32,000 nt of DNA from Ilumatobacteraceae bacterium. GTDB taxonomy: Bacteria; Actinomycetota; Acidimicrobiia; Acidimicrobiales; Ilumatobacteraceae. Made by a program: the position numbers and the translations under genes. The DNA lies in NCBI GenBank assembly GCA_963695475.1, contig CAVOHA010000007.1, forward strand, positions 426,549-458,548, read 5' to 3'. Position 1 is the first letter of the stretch, and the number at the start of each line of letters is the position of its first letter. Shown here one piece after another: positions 16,392 through 25,205 of the stretch. The notes under the pieces are model-generated. The model was not told where the DNA came from. It did no database searches and saw only the letters and a list, made by a program, of their open reading frames with translations.

Positions 16392-17308
16392 GTGGGCTCC
16401 GCCTGGCGCTCGTCGCCGCGGGTGTATCGGGCGTGGCGGTGTACGTGAACGGGGAGGCGGTCGGACGGTTCTCCTCGGCAACGGTCTACACCACCGGAAA
16501 GAACCTCGTCGCGGGGCTGCTGCTGGTGACACTCGCGATCGCCCTGCCGCGCGCCGGGGGATCGCCTGCGCCCGCCGCCGGTCGGATGTGGTCCACCCGG
16601 GAGCGGCTCGGTCTCGCCGCCGTGGCGTTGATCGGCGGTGCGGTGCCGTTCGTCCTGTTCTTCGAGGGGCTCGCCCGTGCGACGTCGAGCGATGCCGCCT
16701 TCCTGCACAAGACCCTCGTCGTCTGGGTGGCCGTCTTTGCCGTCGCGCTGCTCGGTGAGCGACTCACGGCCCTCCATGTCGGCGCCATCGCACTGCTGAT
16801 CGCCGGGCAGGTCGCTCTCGCCGGAGGGATCAGCTCGCTGCACGTCGGGGCCGGCGAGGCGATGATCCTGGCGGCGACGATCTGCTGGGCAGCCGAGTTG
16901 ATCCTGGTGAAGCGTCTCGTCGAACGGCTGCCATCGACGACGGTCGGTGCGGCTCGGATCGGGGGCGGTGCGGTGCTGCTCGTCGTGTGGCTGGCGTTGT
17001 CCGGACGCCTCGACGAACTCGTGTCGCTGTCCATGTCGCAGTGGGCGTGGCTCCTCGTCACCGGAGGCATCCTCTCGATGTTCGTGACGGTGTGGTTCGC
17101 GGCGGTCGCCCGGGCGCCGGTCATCGACGTTGCGGCGTTGCTCGTGCCGGCTGCGGTGATCACCGGGCTCATTCGGCTCGCGGCCGAAGGAAACACTGCG
17201 CCGATCCAGGTGGTCGGCTGGTCGCTGATGCTGCTCGGGGTGGCTGCGGTGATCGCAGGGCGCCGCGCCGATCAGCGCGATCACGGTGTGATCGGGGCGG
17301 TGACGTGA
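16376..17308 (+). CDS. DMT-superfamily (EamA-like) permease, about 10 TM segments
   Basis: Two EamA-like halves of hydrophobic helices are separated by ERLTALH. The gene overlaps the hypC 3' end. An alternative GTG start at 16388 would form a GTGA overlap with the hypC stop. Confidence 0.7.
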   Translation: MADSVSGLRLALVAAGVSGVAVYVNGEAVGRFSSATVYTTGKNLVAGLLLVTLAIALPRAGGSPAPAAGRMWSTRERLGLAAVALIGGAVPFVLFFEGLARATSSDAAFLHKTLVVWVAVFAVALLGERLTALHVGAIALLIAGQVALAGGISSLHVGAGEAMILAATICWAAELILVKRLVERLPSTTVGAARIGGGAVLLVVWLALSGRLDELVSLSMSQWAWLLVTGGILSMFVTVWFAAVARAPVIDVAALLVPAAVITGLIRLAAEGNTAPIQVVGWSLMLLGVAAVIAGRRADQRDHGVIGAVT

Positions 17309-18027
17309 ACGACCCGATCGGCGTGGCTCGCTTCATGCGGTACGCCGCCCCGCCCAATCAGCGCGGATTCTGCGGGCCGTCGGGGTTCGGATCGCTCGAC
17401 CCGACGATGCCGGAGGCCCACGCGGAGGCCCGCCACCGGGCGAAGGAGTTCCTGGGTGCGTATCCGTATCTCGAGCTGTTGGCGGGCGCGGCCGGACTCG
17501 AGGACCCGCTCGCCGACGTCGCGGTCGAGGCGTACTGGCTCGGCAATCGGATGGCCGCCCGCGTCTCGACCGGCGATTTCGGGCGGTCGCTCGCCGATCG
17601 GTTCCGTGTGCGGAGCGGTCGCAACTGGGCGCCCGTGGAGTCGGCCGTGCCGGGTGCTGTCTGCAATCACGCGTTCCATGTGCTCGTCGCCTCCCCGTGG
17701 GTCGGGCTGATGCGCAGTGGCGTGGTCGACGAACCGCTCGCGATCGTCGACGAGTGTCGAGTCAGCTGGGGCAAGGTCGTGTCGATCGACGACGCGCCGC
17801 GTCACTCGGTCGAGCGCACGCCACTCGAGTGGCACAACGGCCGTCTCCTTCCCGGCCGCCTCGAGACGGTCGAGGTGTTCAGCGAGCTCCCGCTGTCGCT
17901 CGGCGATCACGTCGCCCTCCACTGGGGGTGTGTGTGCGACGTCCTGTCTCAGCGTCAACTCGCGTGGCTGCGCTCCGTGACGGCGTCGCAACTCGCCCTG
18001 TCCCACTCGATCGGACGGCCCTGCTGA
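17305..18027 (+). CDS. Conserved hypothetical protein with an N-terminal YAAPPN.RGFCGP domain and a C-terminal HypC-like segment
   Basis: The GTG at 17305 overlaps the permease stop (GTGA), and the gene's own stop overlaps the hyhB ATG (TGATG). The C-terminal CRVSWGKVVSIDD...GDHVALHWGCVCDVLSQRQ parallels the HypC motifs. I recall similar actinobacterial DUF proteins but cannot verify the family here. Confidence 0.55.
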   Translation: MNDPIGVARFMRYAAPPNQRGFCGPSGFGSLDPTMPEAHAEARHRAKEFLGAYPYLELLAGAAGLEDPLADVAVEAYWLGNRMAARVSTGDFGRSLADRFRVRSGRNWAPVESAVPGAVCNHAFHVLVASPWVGLMRSGVVDEPLAIVDECRVSWGKVVSIDDAPRHSVERTPLEWHNGRLLPGRLETVEVFSELPLSLGDHVALHWGCVCDVLSQRQLAWLRSVTASQLALSHSIGRPC

Positions 18028-19208
18028 TGAGCCCGCGTGCCGCTACACCACCCATCGTGACCGGTCCGGATGGGCTGACCGGCATCGTCGACGAACTCGA
18101 TCGCGCCGGCTTCGACGTCTGGGGGCCGGCCGTGCGCGACGGCGTCATCGTCACGCGTCGCATCGACGGGAGTGACGAGTTGCCGCTCGGATACCGCGTG
18201 GAGCAGTCGCCGGGTTCGTCTCGCCTGCTCCAGACCGGCGACCGCTCACGCTTCGGGTGGGCGGTCGGCCCGCAACCGTGGAAGCCGCTGCTCCATCCGC
18301 CATCGGTCACCACGATGCACATCACCCAGCGGTCCGCCGCGCAACCCGTGACCGTGAGCCTGCGTGGCCGGCCGCCACGACCGCTGGCGCTGTTCGGGAT
18401 GCGGCCCTGCGATCTCGCCGCACTCGAGACATTGGATCGCGTCCTCATCGATGCGCCGCCGGTCGCCGAGCCCACCTACGACGGTCGTCGCACCGACGCG
18501 TTCCTCGTGGTGGTCAACTGCGCCGTTCCCGCGTCGACGTGCGCCTGTACGTCGTTCGGGACGGGACCCCACGTCGGCGAGCCCGACGGCGATCATGCCG
18601 GCCACGATCTGGAGATCACCGAACTCCTTCCGTCCGATCCCGCCGAGGATCCCGAGTACGTCGTCGCCGCGATGAGCGAGCGAGGCGCTTCGCTGATGGC
18701 CCGTGTCGCCGAGCGCGTCGCGGTCGACCAACTCCGAGATCGACACGTCGCGGCAATCGCCGATCAACGGGCGGCCGCGGCGACGGCGATCTCGCGCCGT
18801 GCGCCCACCGATCGCGTGCGCGGCGCCTTGGCAGATGCCCACGATCTGCACCGCTGGAGCGAGCTCGAAGGGCAGTGTGTCGCGTGCGGCAACTGCACCG
18901 CGGTGTGTCCCACGTGCTTCTGCACGACCGTCAACGACATCGGCGACCTGACGGGAACGCAGGTCGAGCGACACCGTGACTGGGAGTCGTGCTTCTCGCT
19001 CGAGTTCAGCCGTCTGGGTGACCACTCCGTTCGCTCGTCGGTTGCGTCTCGCTACCGCCAGTGGATGACACACAAGCTCGGAACGTGGCACGACCAGTTC
19101 GGCGAGTCGGGCTGCGTCGGGTGCGGTCGGTGCACGACGTGGTGTCCGGTCGGTATCGACTTCTTCGCTGTTGCCGATGGCATCGTCGATGCAGTGGAGG
19201 CGCGGTGA
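18027..19208 (+). CDS. hyhB: Group 3b [NiFe]-hydrogenase beta subunit (AsrA-like 4Fe-4S dicluster protein)
   Basis: Two ferredoxin-type cluster motifs are present, CVACGNCTAVCPTCFC and CVGCGRCTTWCPVG. The architecture and position upstream of the gamma, small and large subunits match sulfhydrogenase/Hyh operons. Confidence 0.8.
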   Translation: MSPRAATPPIVTGPDGLTGIVDELDRAGFDVWGPAVRDGVIVTRRIDGSDELPLGYRVEQSPGSSRLLQTGDRSRFGWAVGPQPWKPLLHPPSVTTMHITQRSAAQPVTVSLRGRPPRPLALFGMRPCDLAALETLDRVLIDAPPVAEPTYDGRRTDAFLVVVNCAVPASTCACTSFGTGPHVGEPDGDHAGHDLEITELLPSDPAEDPEYVVAAMSERGASLMARVAERVAVDQLRDRHVAAIADQRAAAATAISRRAPTDRVRGALADAHDLHRWSELEGQCVACGNCTAVCPTCFCTTVNDIGDLTGTQVERHRDWESCFSLEFSRLGDHSVRSSVASRYRQWMTHKLGTWHDQFGESGCVGCGRCTTWCPVGIDFFAVADGIVDAVEAR

Positions 19209-20056
19209 TGTCCGCTGCCGAGCTCGTCGACATGCCCGTTCCCCACCGCATCGTCGCGCGTCACGAGGAGACCGTCGACGTGGTGACCCTGCGCGTGCAG
19301 CCGGTCGCGACGCAGCTCCCGGACTTCCAGCCGGCTCAGTTCTCGATGATCGGGGTGGTGGGTGTCGGCGAGGTCCCGATCTCGATCAGTTCGACCTGCG
19401 ACGACCGGACGGCCCACGACTACACGCTGCGCCGCGCCGGCGCGGTCACCAACGCACTGTGGAATCGCCGAGTCGGTGACGTGGTGACCGTGCGCGGACC
19501 GTTCGGCCGACCCTGGGACCTGCAACGCGCCGACGGTCGTCACGCGGTGTTCATCGCCGGCGGCATCGGGATCGCGCCGCTGCGCGCCGCGATCGTCGAA
19601 CTTGCCACCCACCGGGCGGCCACCCCGAGCCGCCTCTCCGTCCTGGTCGGCGCAGCGACGCCGAGTGACCACCTCTACGAACCGTGGCTGGCCGACCTCG
19701 CGGCCGGCGGCGTCGAGGTGCTGCGGTCGGTGGATCGAACGGGTGACGTCGATGACTGGCCACATGCGATCGGATTCGTGACCGAGCTGATTCCCCCGGT
19801 CGTCGCGGAGTGGACCGGGAACGTTGCGGTCAGCGCCTACGTGTGCGGCCCGGACGCGATGATGTCTGCTGCCATCGACACCCTGCGTCGGTGCCGTGTT
19901 GCACCCGCCGATGTCGAGGTGACCCTCGAGCGCAACATGCAGTGTGCCAACGGTTGGTGTGGGCACTGCCAGCTGGGGCCACTGCTGGTGTGCCGAGACG
20001 GCCCGGTTGCAAGCGCAGTCGAACTCGGCGACCTGCTCGAACGGAGCGAGTTGTGA
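19208..20056 (+). CDS. hyhG: Group 3b [NiFe]-hydrogenase gamma subunit (FAD/NAD(P)-binding, 2Fe-2S; AsrB/PyrK-like)
   Basis: Ferredoxin-reductase-type fold ([19 protein letters not shown]). C-terminal cluster motif [22 protein letters not shown]. The ATG overlaps the hyhB stop (TGATG). Confidence 0.8.
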   Translation: MSAAELVDMPVPHRIVARHEETVDVVTLRVQPVATQLPDFQPAQFSMIGVVGVGEVPISISSTCDDRTAHDYTLRRAGAVTNALWNRRVGDVVTVRGPFGRPWDLQRADGRHAVFIAGGIGIAPLRAAIVELATHRAATPSRLSVLVGAATPSDHLYEPWLADLAAGGVEVLRSVDRTGDVDDWPHAIGFVTELIPPVVAEWTGNVAVSAYVCGPDAMMSAAIDTLRRCRVAPADVEVTLERNMQCANGWCGHCQLGPLLVCRDGPVASAVELGDLLERSEL

Positions 20057-20832
20057 ACCGGCCCGTGACGCTCGGTCGCCCCGAGGCCGTTCCCACGCTC
20101 GCCGTCTGGAAGTTCGCGTCGTGCGACGGATGCCAGTTGTCGCTGCTCGACTGCGAGGACGAGCTGTTGGCGATCGGCAATTCGATCCGCATCGCGTCGT
20201 TTCCCGAGGCCTCGAGTGCGATCGTCGACGGCCCGTACGACCTCTCGCTCGTCGAAGGCTCGGTCACCACGCCGGACGATGTCGAACGGATCCGGGCGAT
20301 CCGTGCCGCGTCGACGACCCTGGTGACGATCGGTGCGTGCGCGACGGGAGGTGGGATCCAGGCGCTGCGCAACGGTGCCGACATCGAGGAGTATCTCTCG
20401 ATCGTGTACGCCCACCCCGCGTACATCTCGACGCTGGCGACCTCGACGCCGATCGCCGACCACGTGGACGTCGACTTCGAACTCCGCGGATGCCCGATCG
20501 ATCGGCGACAACTCGTCGAGGTCGTCGCGGCCTACCTGACCGGCCGTCCGCCACGCATCGCATCGACGAGCGTGTGTACCGAGTGCAAGGCTCGTCGAGT
20601 CGCGTGCGTCATGGTCGTCGACGGCGAACCGTGCCTGGGTCCGGTCACGCACGCCGGGTGCGGCGCGCTGTGCCCCTCGTTCCGCCGCGGCTGCTACGGG
20701 TGTTTCGGGCCGGCCGAGACCGCTGACACGGCAACCCTCGATCGTCAGCTCGAACGACTCGGACTCGACGAGCGCGACCGGGAACGCCTGTGGCGGGGGT
20801 TCAGCGGGTGGAAGCTCGGAGGCCCGCGATGA
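20053..20832 (+). CDS. hyhS: Group 3b [NiFe]-hydrogenase small (delta) subunit
   Basis: NuoB/hydrogenase-small-subunit pattern [23 protein letters not shown], plus a C-terminal Cys-rich region ([27 protein letters not shown]). The GTG start overlaps the hyhG stop (GTGA). Confidence 0.85.
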   Translation: MNRPVTLGRPEAVPTLAVWKFASCDGCQLSLLDCEDELLAIGNSIRIASFPEASSAIVDGPYDLSLVEGSVTTPDDVERIRAIRAASTTLVTIGACATGGGIQALRNGADIEEYLSIVYAHPAYISTLATSTPIADHVDVDFELRGCPIDRRQLVEVVAAYLTGRPPRIASTSVCTECKARRVACVMVVDGEPCLGPVTHAGCGALCPSFRRGCYGCFGPAETADTATLDRQLERLGLDERDRERLWRGFSGWKLGGPR

Positions 20833-22139
20833 CCCACAAACACGTCGACTTCCGCGTGCCGACGCTCGCCCGTGTCGAAGGTGAGGGTGCCCTGCACGTC
20901 GAAGTGCGTGACGACGTCATCACCGACCTTCGCCTGGAGATCTACGAGCCGCCCCGCTTCTTCGAGGCGTTCCTGCGCGGACGGGGATTCGGCGAACCGG
21001 TCGACATCACCGCTCGTATCTGCGGGATCTGCCCCGTCGCCTACCAGATGTCGGCGGCGGCGGCACTCGAGCAGATCGCCGGCGTGACCGTCGACGGCCA
21101 ACGCCACCAACTCCGTCGACTGCTGTATGCGGGCGAGTGGATCGAGAGCCACGTGCTCCACATCGGCTTCCTCCACGCTCCGGACTTCCTCGGTGCCAGT
21201 TCGGGCTTGGAGCTCGCTGCCAGCGACCCCGAGCTGATCACGAACGTGCTGCGCCTCAAGAAGATCGGCAACGACGTGATGGAGGTGGTCGGCGGCCGGC
21301 CGATCCACCCGGTCAACGTCCGGCTCGGAGGATTCCACCGAGCGCCGGACCGAGAGGCCATCGCGGCGCTTGCCGAGCCCCTCGAATGGGCGCACGGAGC
21401 GGCGGTCGACCTGGTCCGCTGGGTCGCCGGATTCGACTTCCCCGAGCTCGAGGTCGACCACGAACTGGTGTCGCTGCGCGGGGTCGACTGCTACCCGGTC
21501 CTGGGTCGCAGGATCGTGTCCGATCGCGGGCTCGACCTCGACGTCACCGAGTTCGACCGCGAGTTCTCCGAGGAGCACGTTGCACACTCCACGGCACTCC
21601 ACGGGCGTCGTCGAACCGGTGACATCTACCTCACCGGTCCGCTGGCCCGGTGGGCCAACAACCGTGACCTCGTGCCCACCGAGGTCGACGCGCTCGCAAT
21701 CGAACTCGGTGTGGCGACGGTCGAACGCAATCCGTTTCGCAGCATCGTGATCCGTGCCCTCGAAGTGCTGATCGCCGTGATCCAGGCCGAAGAGATCGTC
21801 GCTGCGTATGCGGAGCCGGAACCGTCGGCGGTCGACGTGATCCCGTCGGCAGGTGTCGGTTGGGGGGTGACCGAAGCACCGCGGGGAATCCTCGTCCATC
21901 GCTACGAAACCGACGCGGCGGGCACGATTCTCGACGCCCGCATCATCCCGCCGACCGCGCAGAACCAACCGGCGATCGAAGCCGACGTTCGCCGAGTGGT
22001 CGAAGATCACCTGGCCCACGATCGCACCGACGCCGAGCTCCAGCACCGGTGTGAGACGGCGGTACGAAACCACGACCCGTGCATCTCGTGCGCCACCCAC
22101 TTCTTGTCCGTCGACGTCCGACGGGTGGACGGGCGATGA
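20829..22139 (+). CDS. hyhL: Group 3b [NiFe]-hydrogenase large (alpha) subunit
   Basis: N-terminal Ni-Fe ligand motif [10 protein letters not shown] and C-terminal DPCISCATH, followed by a 12-aa tail of the kind removed by the endopeptidase. 436 aa, the size typical of group 3 enzymes. The ATG overlaps the hyhS stop (ATGA). Confidence 0.9.
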   Translation: MTHKHVDFRVPTLARVEGEGALHVEVRDDVITDLRLEIYEPPRFFEAFLRGRGFGEPVDITARICGICPVAYQMSAAAALEQIAGVTVDGQRHQLRRLLYAGEWIESHVLHIGFLHAPDFLGASSGLELAASDPELITNVLRLKKIGNDVMEVVGGRPIHPVNVRLGGFHRAPDREAIAALAEPLEWAHGAAVDLVRWVAGFDFPELEVDHELVSLRGVDCYPVLGRRIVSDRGLDLDVTEFDREFSEEHVAHSTALHGRRRTGDIYLTGPLARWANNRDLVPTEVDALAIELGVATVERNPFRSIVIRALEVLIAVIQAEEIVAAYAEPEPSAVDVIPSAGVGWGVTEAPRGILVHRYETDAAGTILDARIIPPTAQNQPAIEADVRRVVEDHLAHDRTDAELQHRCETAVRNHDPCISCATHFLSVDVRRVDGR

Positions 22140-22687
22140 ACGCCGCCCGTCCGGCGGTGGTGATCGGCGTGGGTCATCGCGACCGTGCCGACGACGGCAT
22201 CGGCCCCGCGGTGGCAGAGGCACTCGGCGAGCGCAGCGACCAGGTGCGCACGATCGTGCGCGAAGGCGACCTCGCGGTGCTGCCGCTGCTGTGGGACGGC
22301 GACGACGACGTCGTGATCGTCGATGCGTTGGCCGGCGTCGGGTCGCTCGGACAACTCGTCGAGCTCGACCCCGACGACCTGACCGCGGGTGCCGGGCTGT
22401 CGACGCACGGGCTGAACATCGCCGACGGCATCGAGCTGGCCCGTCGGCTGCACCGGTTGCCGGCCCAACTGCGGGTGTTCGGCGTGACGGGACAGGACTT
22501 CGGGTACGGGCCGATGTCGAGCAGCCTGCGTCGGCGCGTCGACCCACTGGTCGAGGAGCTGATGCTCGAACTCGGAGTTGCGGAGGTTCAGGTCGTCGCC
22601 GGGGAGGGCGGCGTGCGACGATCGACCGATGCCGACCAATCGCCGTGTAGCCCTGACCCGCCGTCCGATCGGTCAGGCCACCCCTGA
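22136..22687 (+). CDS. Hydrogenase maturation endopeptidase (HycI/HoxW-like)
   Basis: VVIGVGHRDRADDGIGPAVAEAL ... VVIVDA ... LSTHGL is the conserved protease pattern (GN..R.DDG.G; D; H). The ATG overlaps the hyhL stop (ATGA). A low-complexity C-terminal tail of about 35 aa overlaps the next gene by 59 nt. Confidence 0.75.
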   Translation: MNAARPAVVIGVGHRDRADDGIGPAVAEALGERSDQVRTIVREGDLAVLPLLWDGDDDVVIVDALAGVGSLGQLVELDPDDLTAGAGLSTHGLNIADGIELARRLHRLPAQLRVFGVTGQDFGYGPMSSSLRRRVDPLVEELMLELGVAEVQVVAGEGGVRRSTDADQSPCSPDPPSDRSGHP

Positions 22688-23627
22688 CTGCTTCGAGGTG
22701 GAGGACGTCGAGCTCGCTCCGCTCGAAGCGGGAGAGGTGCGAGTGGCGGTCGAGTTCATCTCGGTCGACGCGGGAACACGAACGATGTTGCGCGGCGAGG
22801 GCTTCCACATGCAGGTCGGTCTCGGCGAGACCGTGCTGGCCGGCGGCGTCGGGAGGATCATCGAGACCGCCGCCGATGAGTGGAACGTCGGCGATGCGGT
22901 GATCGGAGGGCTCGGTGCCCAGACCATTGCGACGCTGCCCGCCACGGCAGTCCTGCCGGTCGACGACTCGCTCGGTCCGCTCAGCCTCCACCTCGGTGTC
23001 CTCGGTGGGTCGACGGGGGTCACGGCGTGGATCGGGATCCGCGAGGTCGCCAAACCCGGGCCCGGCGACAACTTCGTGGTGTCGGCGGCCGCCGGCGCCG
23101 TCGGATCGATCGCCGGTCAGATCGCGAAGCGCGATGGCGCGCGGGTGATCGGGATCGCCGGTGGTCCGGTGAAGACCGCACACCTCGTCGACACGCTCGG
23201 ATTCGACGAGGCGATCGACTACAAGAACGACGACGTCAACGCCCGACTGCGCGAGCTCTGTCCCGACGGTGTGAACGTCTTCTTCGACAACGTTGGCGGT
23301 CCGGTCCTCGATGCGGTCCTGGACAACATCGCCATGCGCGCTCGGGTGATCATCTGCGGGGCGGTGTCGCAGTACGACGACATGGACGACATCACCGGTC
23401 CGTCGATGTATCTGCGCCTCGCGGAGCGCCAGTCCCGGATGGAGGGATTCGCGTACTTCCACTTTCCGGAGCGGATCGGTGCGGCGATGGAGGAACTCGC
23501 CGAGTGGGTCGCCGAGGGGTCGATCGTGCTCCCCGAAACGGTGCTCGAGGGCATCGACCGCTATCCCGAGGCGCTTCAGTTCATGTTCGAGGGCGGCAAC
23601 ATCGGCAAGCTGCTCGTCTCCGCGTAG
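22629..23627 (+). CDS. NADP-dependent oxidoreductase, MDR superfamily (YncB/CurA / alkenal-one reductase-like)
   Basis: N-terminus RRVALTRRPIGQATPDCFEVEDVELAPLEAGEVRV. Cofactor loop VSAAAGAVGSIAGQIAK. C-terminal NIGKLLV. About 332 aa. Confidence 0.8.
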   Translation: MPTNRRVALTRRPIGQATPDCFEVEDVELAPLEAGEVRVAVEFISVDAGTRTMLRGEGFHMQVGLGETVLAGGVGRIIETAADEWNVGDAVIGGLGAQTIATLPATAVLPVDDSLGPLSLHLGVLGGSTGVTAWIGIREVAKPGPGDNFVVSAAAGAVGSIAGQIAKRDGARVIGIAGGPVKTAHLVDTLGFDEAIDYKNDDVNARLRELCPDGVNVFFDNVGGPVLDAVLDNIAMRARVIICGAVSQYDDMDDITGPSMYLRLAERQSRMEGFAYFHFPERIGAAMEELAEWVAEGSIVLPETVLEGIDRYPEALQFMFEGGNIGKLLVSA

Positions 23628-23657
23628 CGGAGTGGGTCAGACCCACCCCGCTACGCG
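23621..23657. terminator. Strong hairpin between convergent genes (likely bidirectional intrinsic terminator)
   Basis: CGCGTAGCGGAGTGGGT (23621-23637), loop CAG, then ACCCACCCCGCTACGCG (23641-23657). This forms a 17-bp stem with a single A/C mismatch. It includes the TAG stop of the oxidoreductase and ends 6 nt before the stop of the minus-strand gene. Confidence 0.55.
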
Positions 23658-23662
23658 GGTCG

Positions 23663-24091
23663 TCAGGTCGCTGGTTCGAGCACCACAACCGGGATCTCCC
23701 GGTCGGTCTTCTTCTGATAGTCGGCGTAGTTGGTGTACTTGGTCGAGATCTGCTCCCACAGCTCGGCTCGCTCCTGCCCGGTCGCCGTGCGAGCGGTCAT
23801 GGGACGCTCGCCGTCCCGTGTCCTGACGGTCACCATCGGATCGGCCTCCAGGTTCAGATACCAGGAGGGATGGGTGTCGTTGCCGCCGGCAGACGCGACG
23901 ATGGCCATCGAGTCCCCGTCCCGCCAGGGTGTCGTGAGCATCGTCGAACGCGGCTCGCCGCTCTTGCGACCGGTGGTCGTGAGCTCGAGGACGGGCATGT
24001 TTCCCGCAGTCCATCCGATCCGTCCGCCGGTGACGGTCATTGCGGTGCGATGCAACGTGTTCATCGTCTTCATGACGAGGGCTGAGGGCAT
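23663..24091 (-). CDS. Deazaflavin (F420)-dependent nitroreductase family protein (Ddn-like)
   Basis: GGRIGWTAGNMPVLELTTTGRKSGEPRSTML...GGNDTHPSWYLNLEADP.V.V...ERAELW....YADYQKKTDREIPVVVLE is the characteristic split-barrel Ddn/PF04075-type pattern. GAAAGG Shine-Dalgarno upstream. Confidence 0.75.
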   Translation of the reverse strand: MPSALVMKTMNTLHRTAMTVTGGRIGWTAGNMPVLELTTTGRKSGEPRSTMLTTPWRDGDSMAIVASAGGNDTHPSWYLNLEADPMVTVRTRDGERPMTARTATGQERAELWEQISTKYTNYADYQKKTDREIPVVVLEPAT

Positions 24092-24178
24092 GGCTGCCTT
24101 TCGGTGGGATGAGTTCGTTCGGTGCTATGCATTGCGAACGGCTCGCCGAGATGCTCTCGCAACGCGAGCCACACGCTC

Positions 24179-25198
24179 ATGAAGTTGCCACCGTACATCG
24201 TCCGCCGCGTGGTGATCGCGCCGTTGGTCGTCGTGTCGGTGGTGCTCGCGCTCGGGCTGCTGCCGCTGTGGTTGCCGGTGGCCGCCTTCGCGTCGCGCTA
24301 CGTGCCCGGTCGATGGCGGATTCTCCGCGTCGCCTGGTTCCTGTTCGTCTACCTGGCGCTCGAGGTGCTCGGTCTGCTCGTGCTGTTCGCGATCTGGATC
24401 GCGTCCGGGTTCGGGTGGAAGCTGCGCTCGCCGTCGTTTCGTGAGGCGCACTATCGGTTCATGGCCTGGTGGCTGCGCCGGGTGATGGGCGCGGCTCGGC
24501 GCACCTTTCGGATCTCGATCGACATCGAGCCGCCCCATGTGCCGCCAGATCCGGAGCGTCCCCTGCTCGTGCTCAGCCGACACGCCGGGCCCGGCGACTC
24601 GTTCCTGCTGGTCGATGGGCTGCTCAACGGCGATCACGCTCGACGACGGCCGCGCATCGTGCTCAAGGACCTGTTGCAGTGGGATCCGTGCGTCGACGTC
24701 CTCGTCAACCGGCTGCCGAACCGTTTCGTGCCCGCCGACGGAGGCGGGGGAGACGACGCGATCGCTGCCATCGCAGATCTGACGTCGACGATGAGCGGTG
24801 GGGACGCGTTCGTGATCTTCCCCGAGGGCGGCAACTTCACGCCCCGGCGTCGGGAGCGTGCGATCGAGAAGCTCGACGAGATCGGGCGCCCGGGGCTTGC
24901 CGAACGGGCGCGCTCCATGGAGCACGTGCTCCCACCGAAGCCGGCCGGCACCCTGGCGGCCATCGACGCCGCGCCGGGCGCCGACGTCTTGTTCGTCGGC
25001 CACGTGGGGCTCGAAGGTCTGTCGACGATGCGCGACCTGTGGCGCGGGATTCCGATGGACGCAGCGGTCGTCGTTCGATATTGGGTGACCCCCGCCGACC
25101 AGCTGCCACCTCCCGAGGAGCGTGAACGATGGCTCTATGATCGCTGGGCGGATCTGGATGTGTGGATCGACGGCGTCGTCGACGCGCGCGACACGTGA
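24179..25198 (+). CDS. Membrane-anchored lysophospholipid/glycerolipid acyltransferase (PlsC-like)
   Basis: Starting at MKLPPYIV, the protein has N-terminal TM helices. The acyltransferase blocks follow: LSRHAGPGDS (an HX4D-like block) and FVIFPEGGNFTP (the FPEG block). Confidence 0.7.
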   Translation: MKLPPYIVRRVVIAPLVVVSVVLALGLLPLWLPVAAFASRYVPGRWRILRVAWFLFVYLALEVLGLLVLFAIWIASGFGWKLRSPSFREAHYRFMAWWLRRVMGAARRTFRISIDIEPPHVPPDPERPLLVLSRHAGPGDSFLLVDGLLNGDHARRRPRIVLKDLLQWDPCVDVLVNRLPNRFVPADGGGGDDAIAAIADLTSTMSGGDAFVIFPEGGNFTPRRRERAIEKLDEIGRPGLAERARSMEHVLPPKPAGTLAAIDAAPGADVLFVGHVGLEGLSTMRDLWRGIPMDAAVVVRYWVTPADQLPPPEERERWLYDRWADLDVWIDGVVDARDT

Positions 25199-25205
25199 CC
25201 TGACG

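Noticed and set aside
22580-22687. The 59-nt overlap between the endopeptidase C-terminal tail and the oxidoreductase start as evidence of a frameshift or fusion
   Set aside because: The protease core is complete before the overlap, and the oxidoreductase has a canonical N-terminus from the ATG at 22629. The tail is low-complexity and may simply be a poorly conserved extension, so the sequence alone does not show an error.
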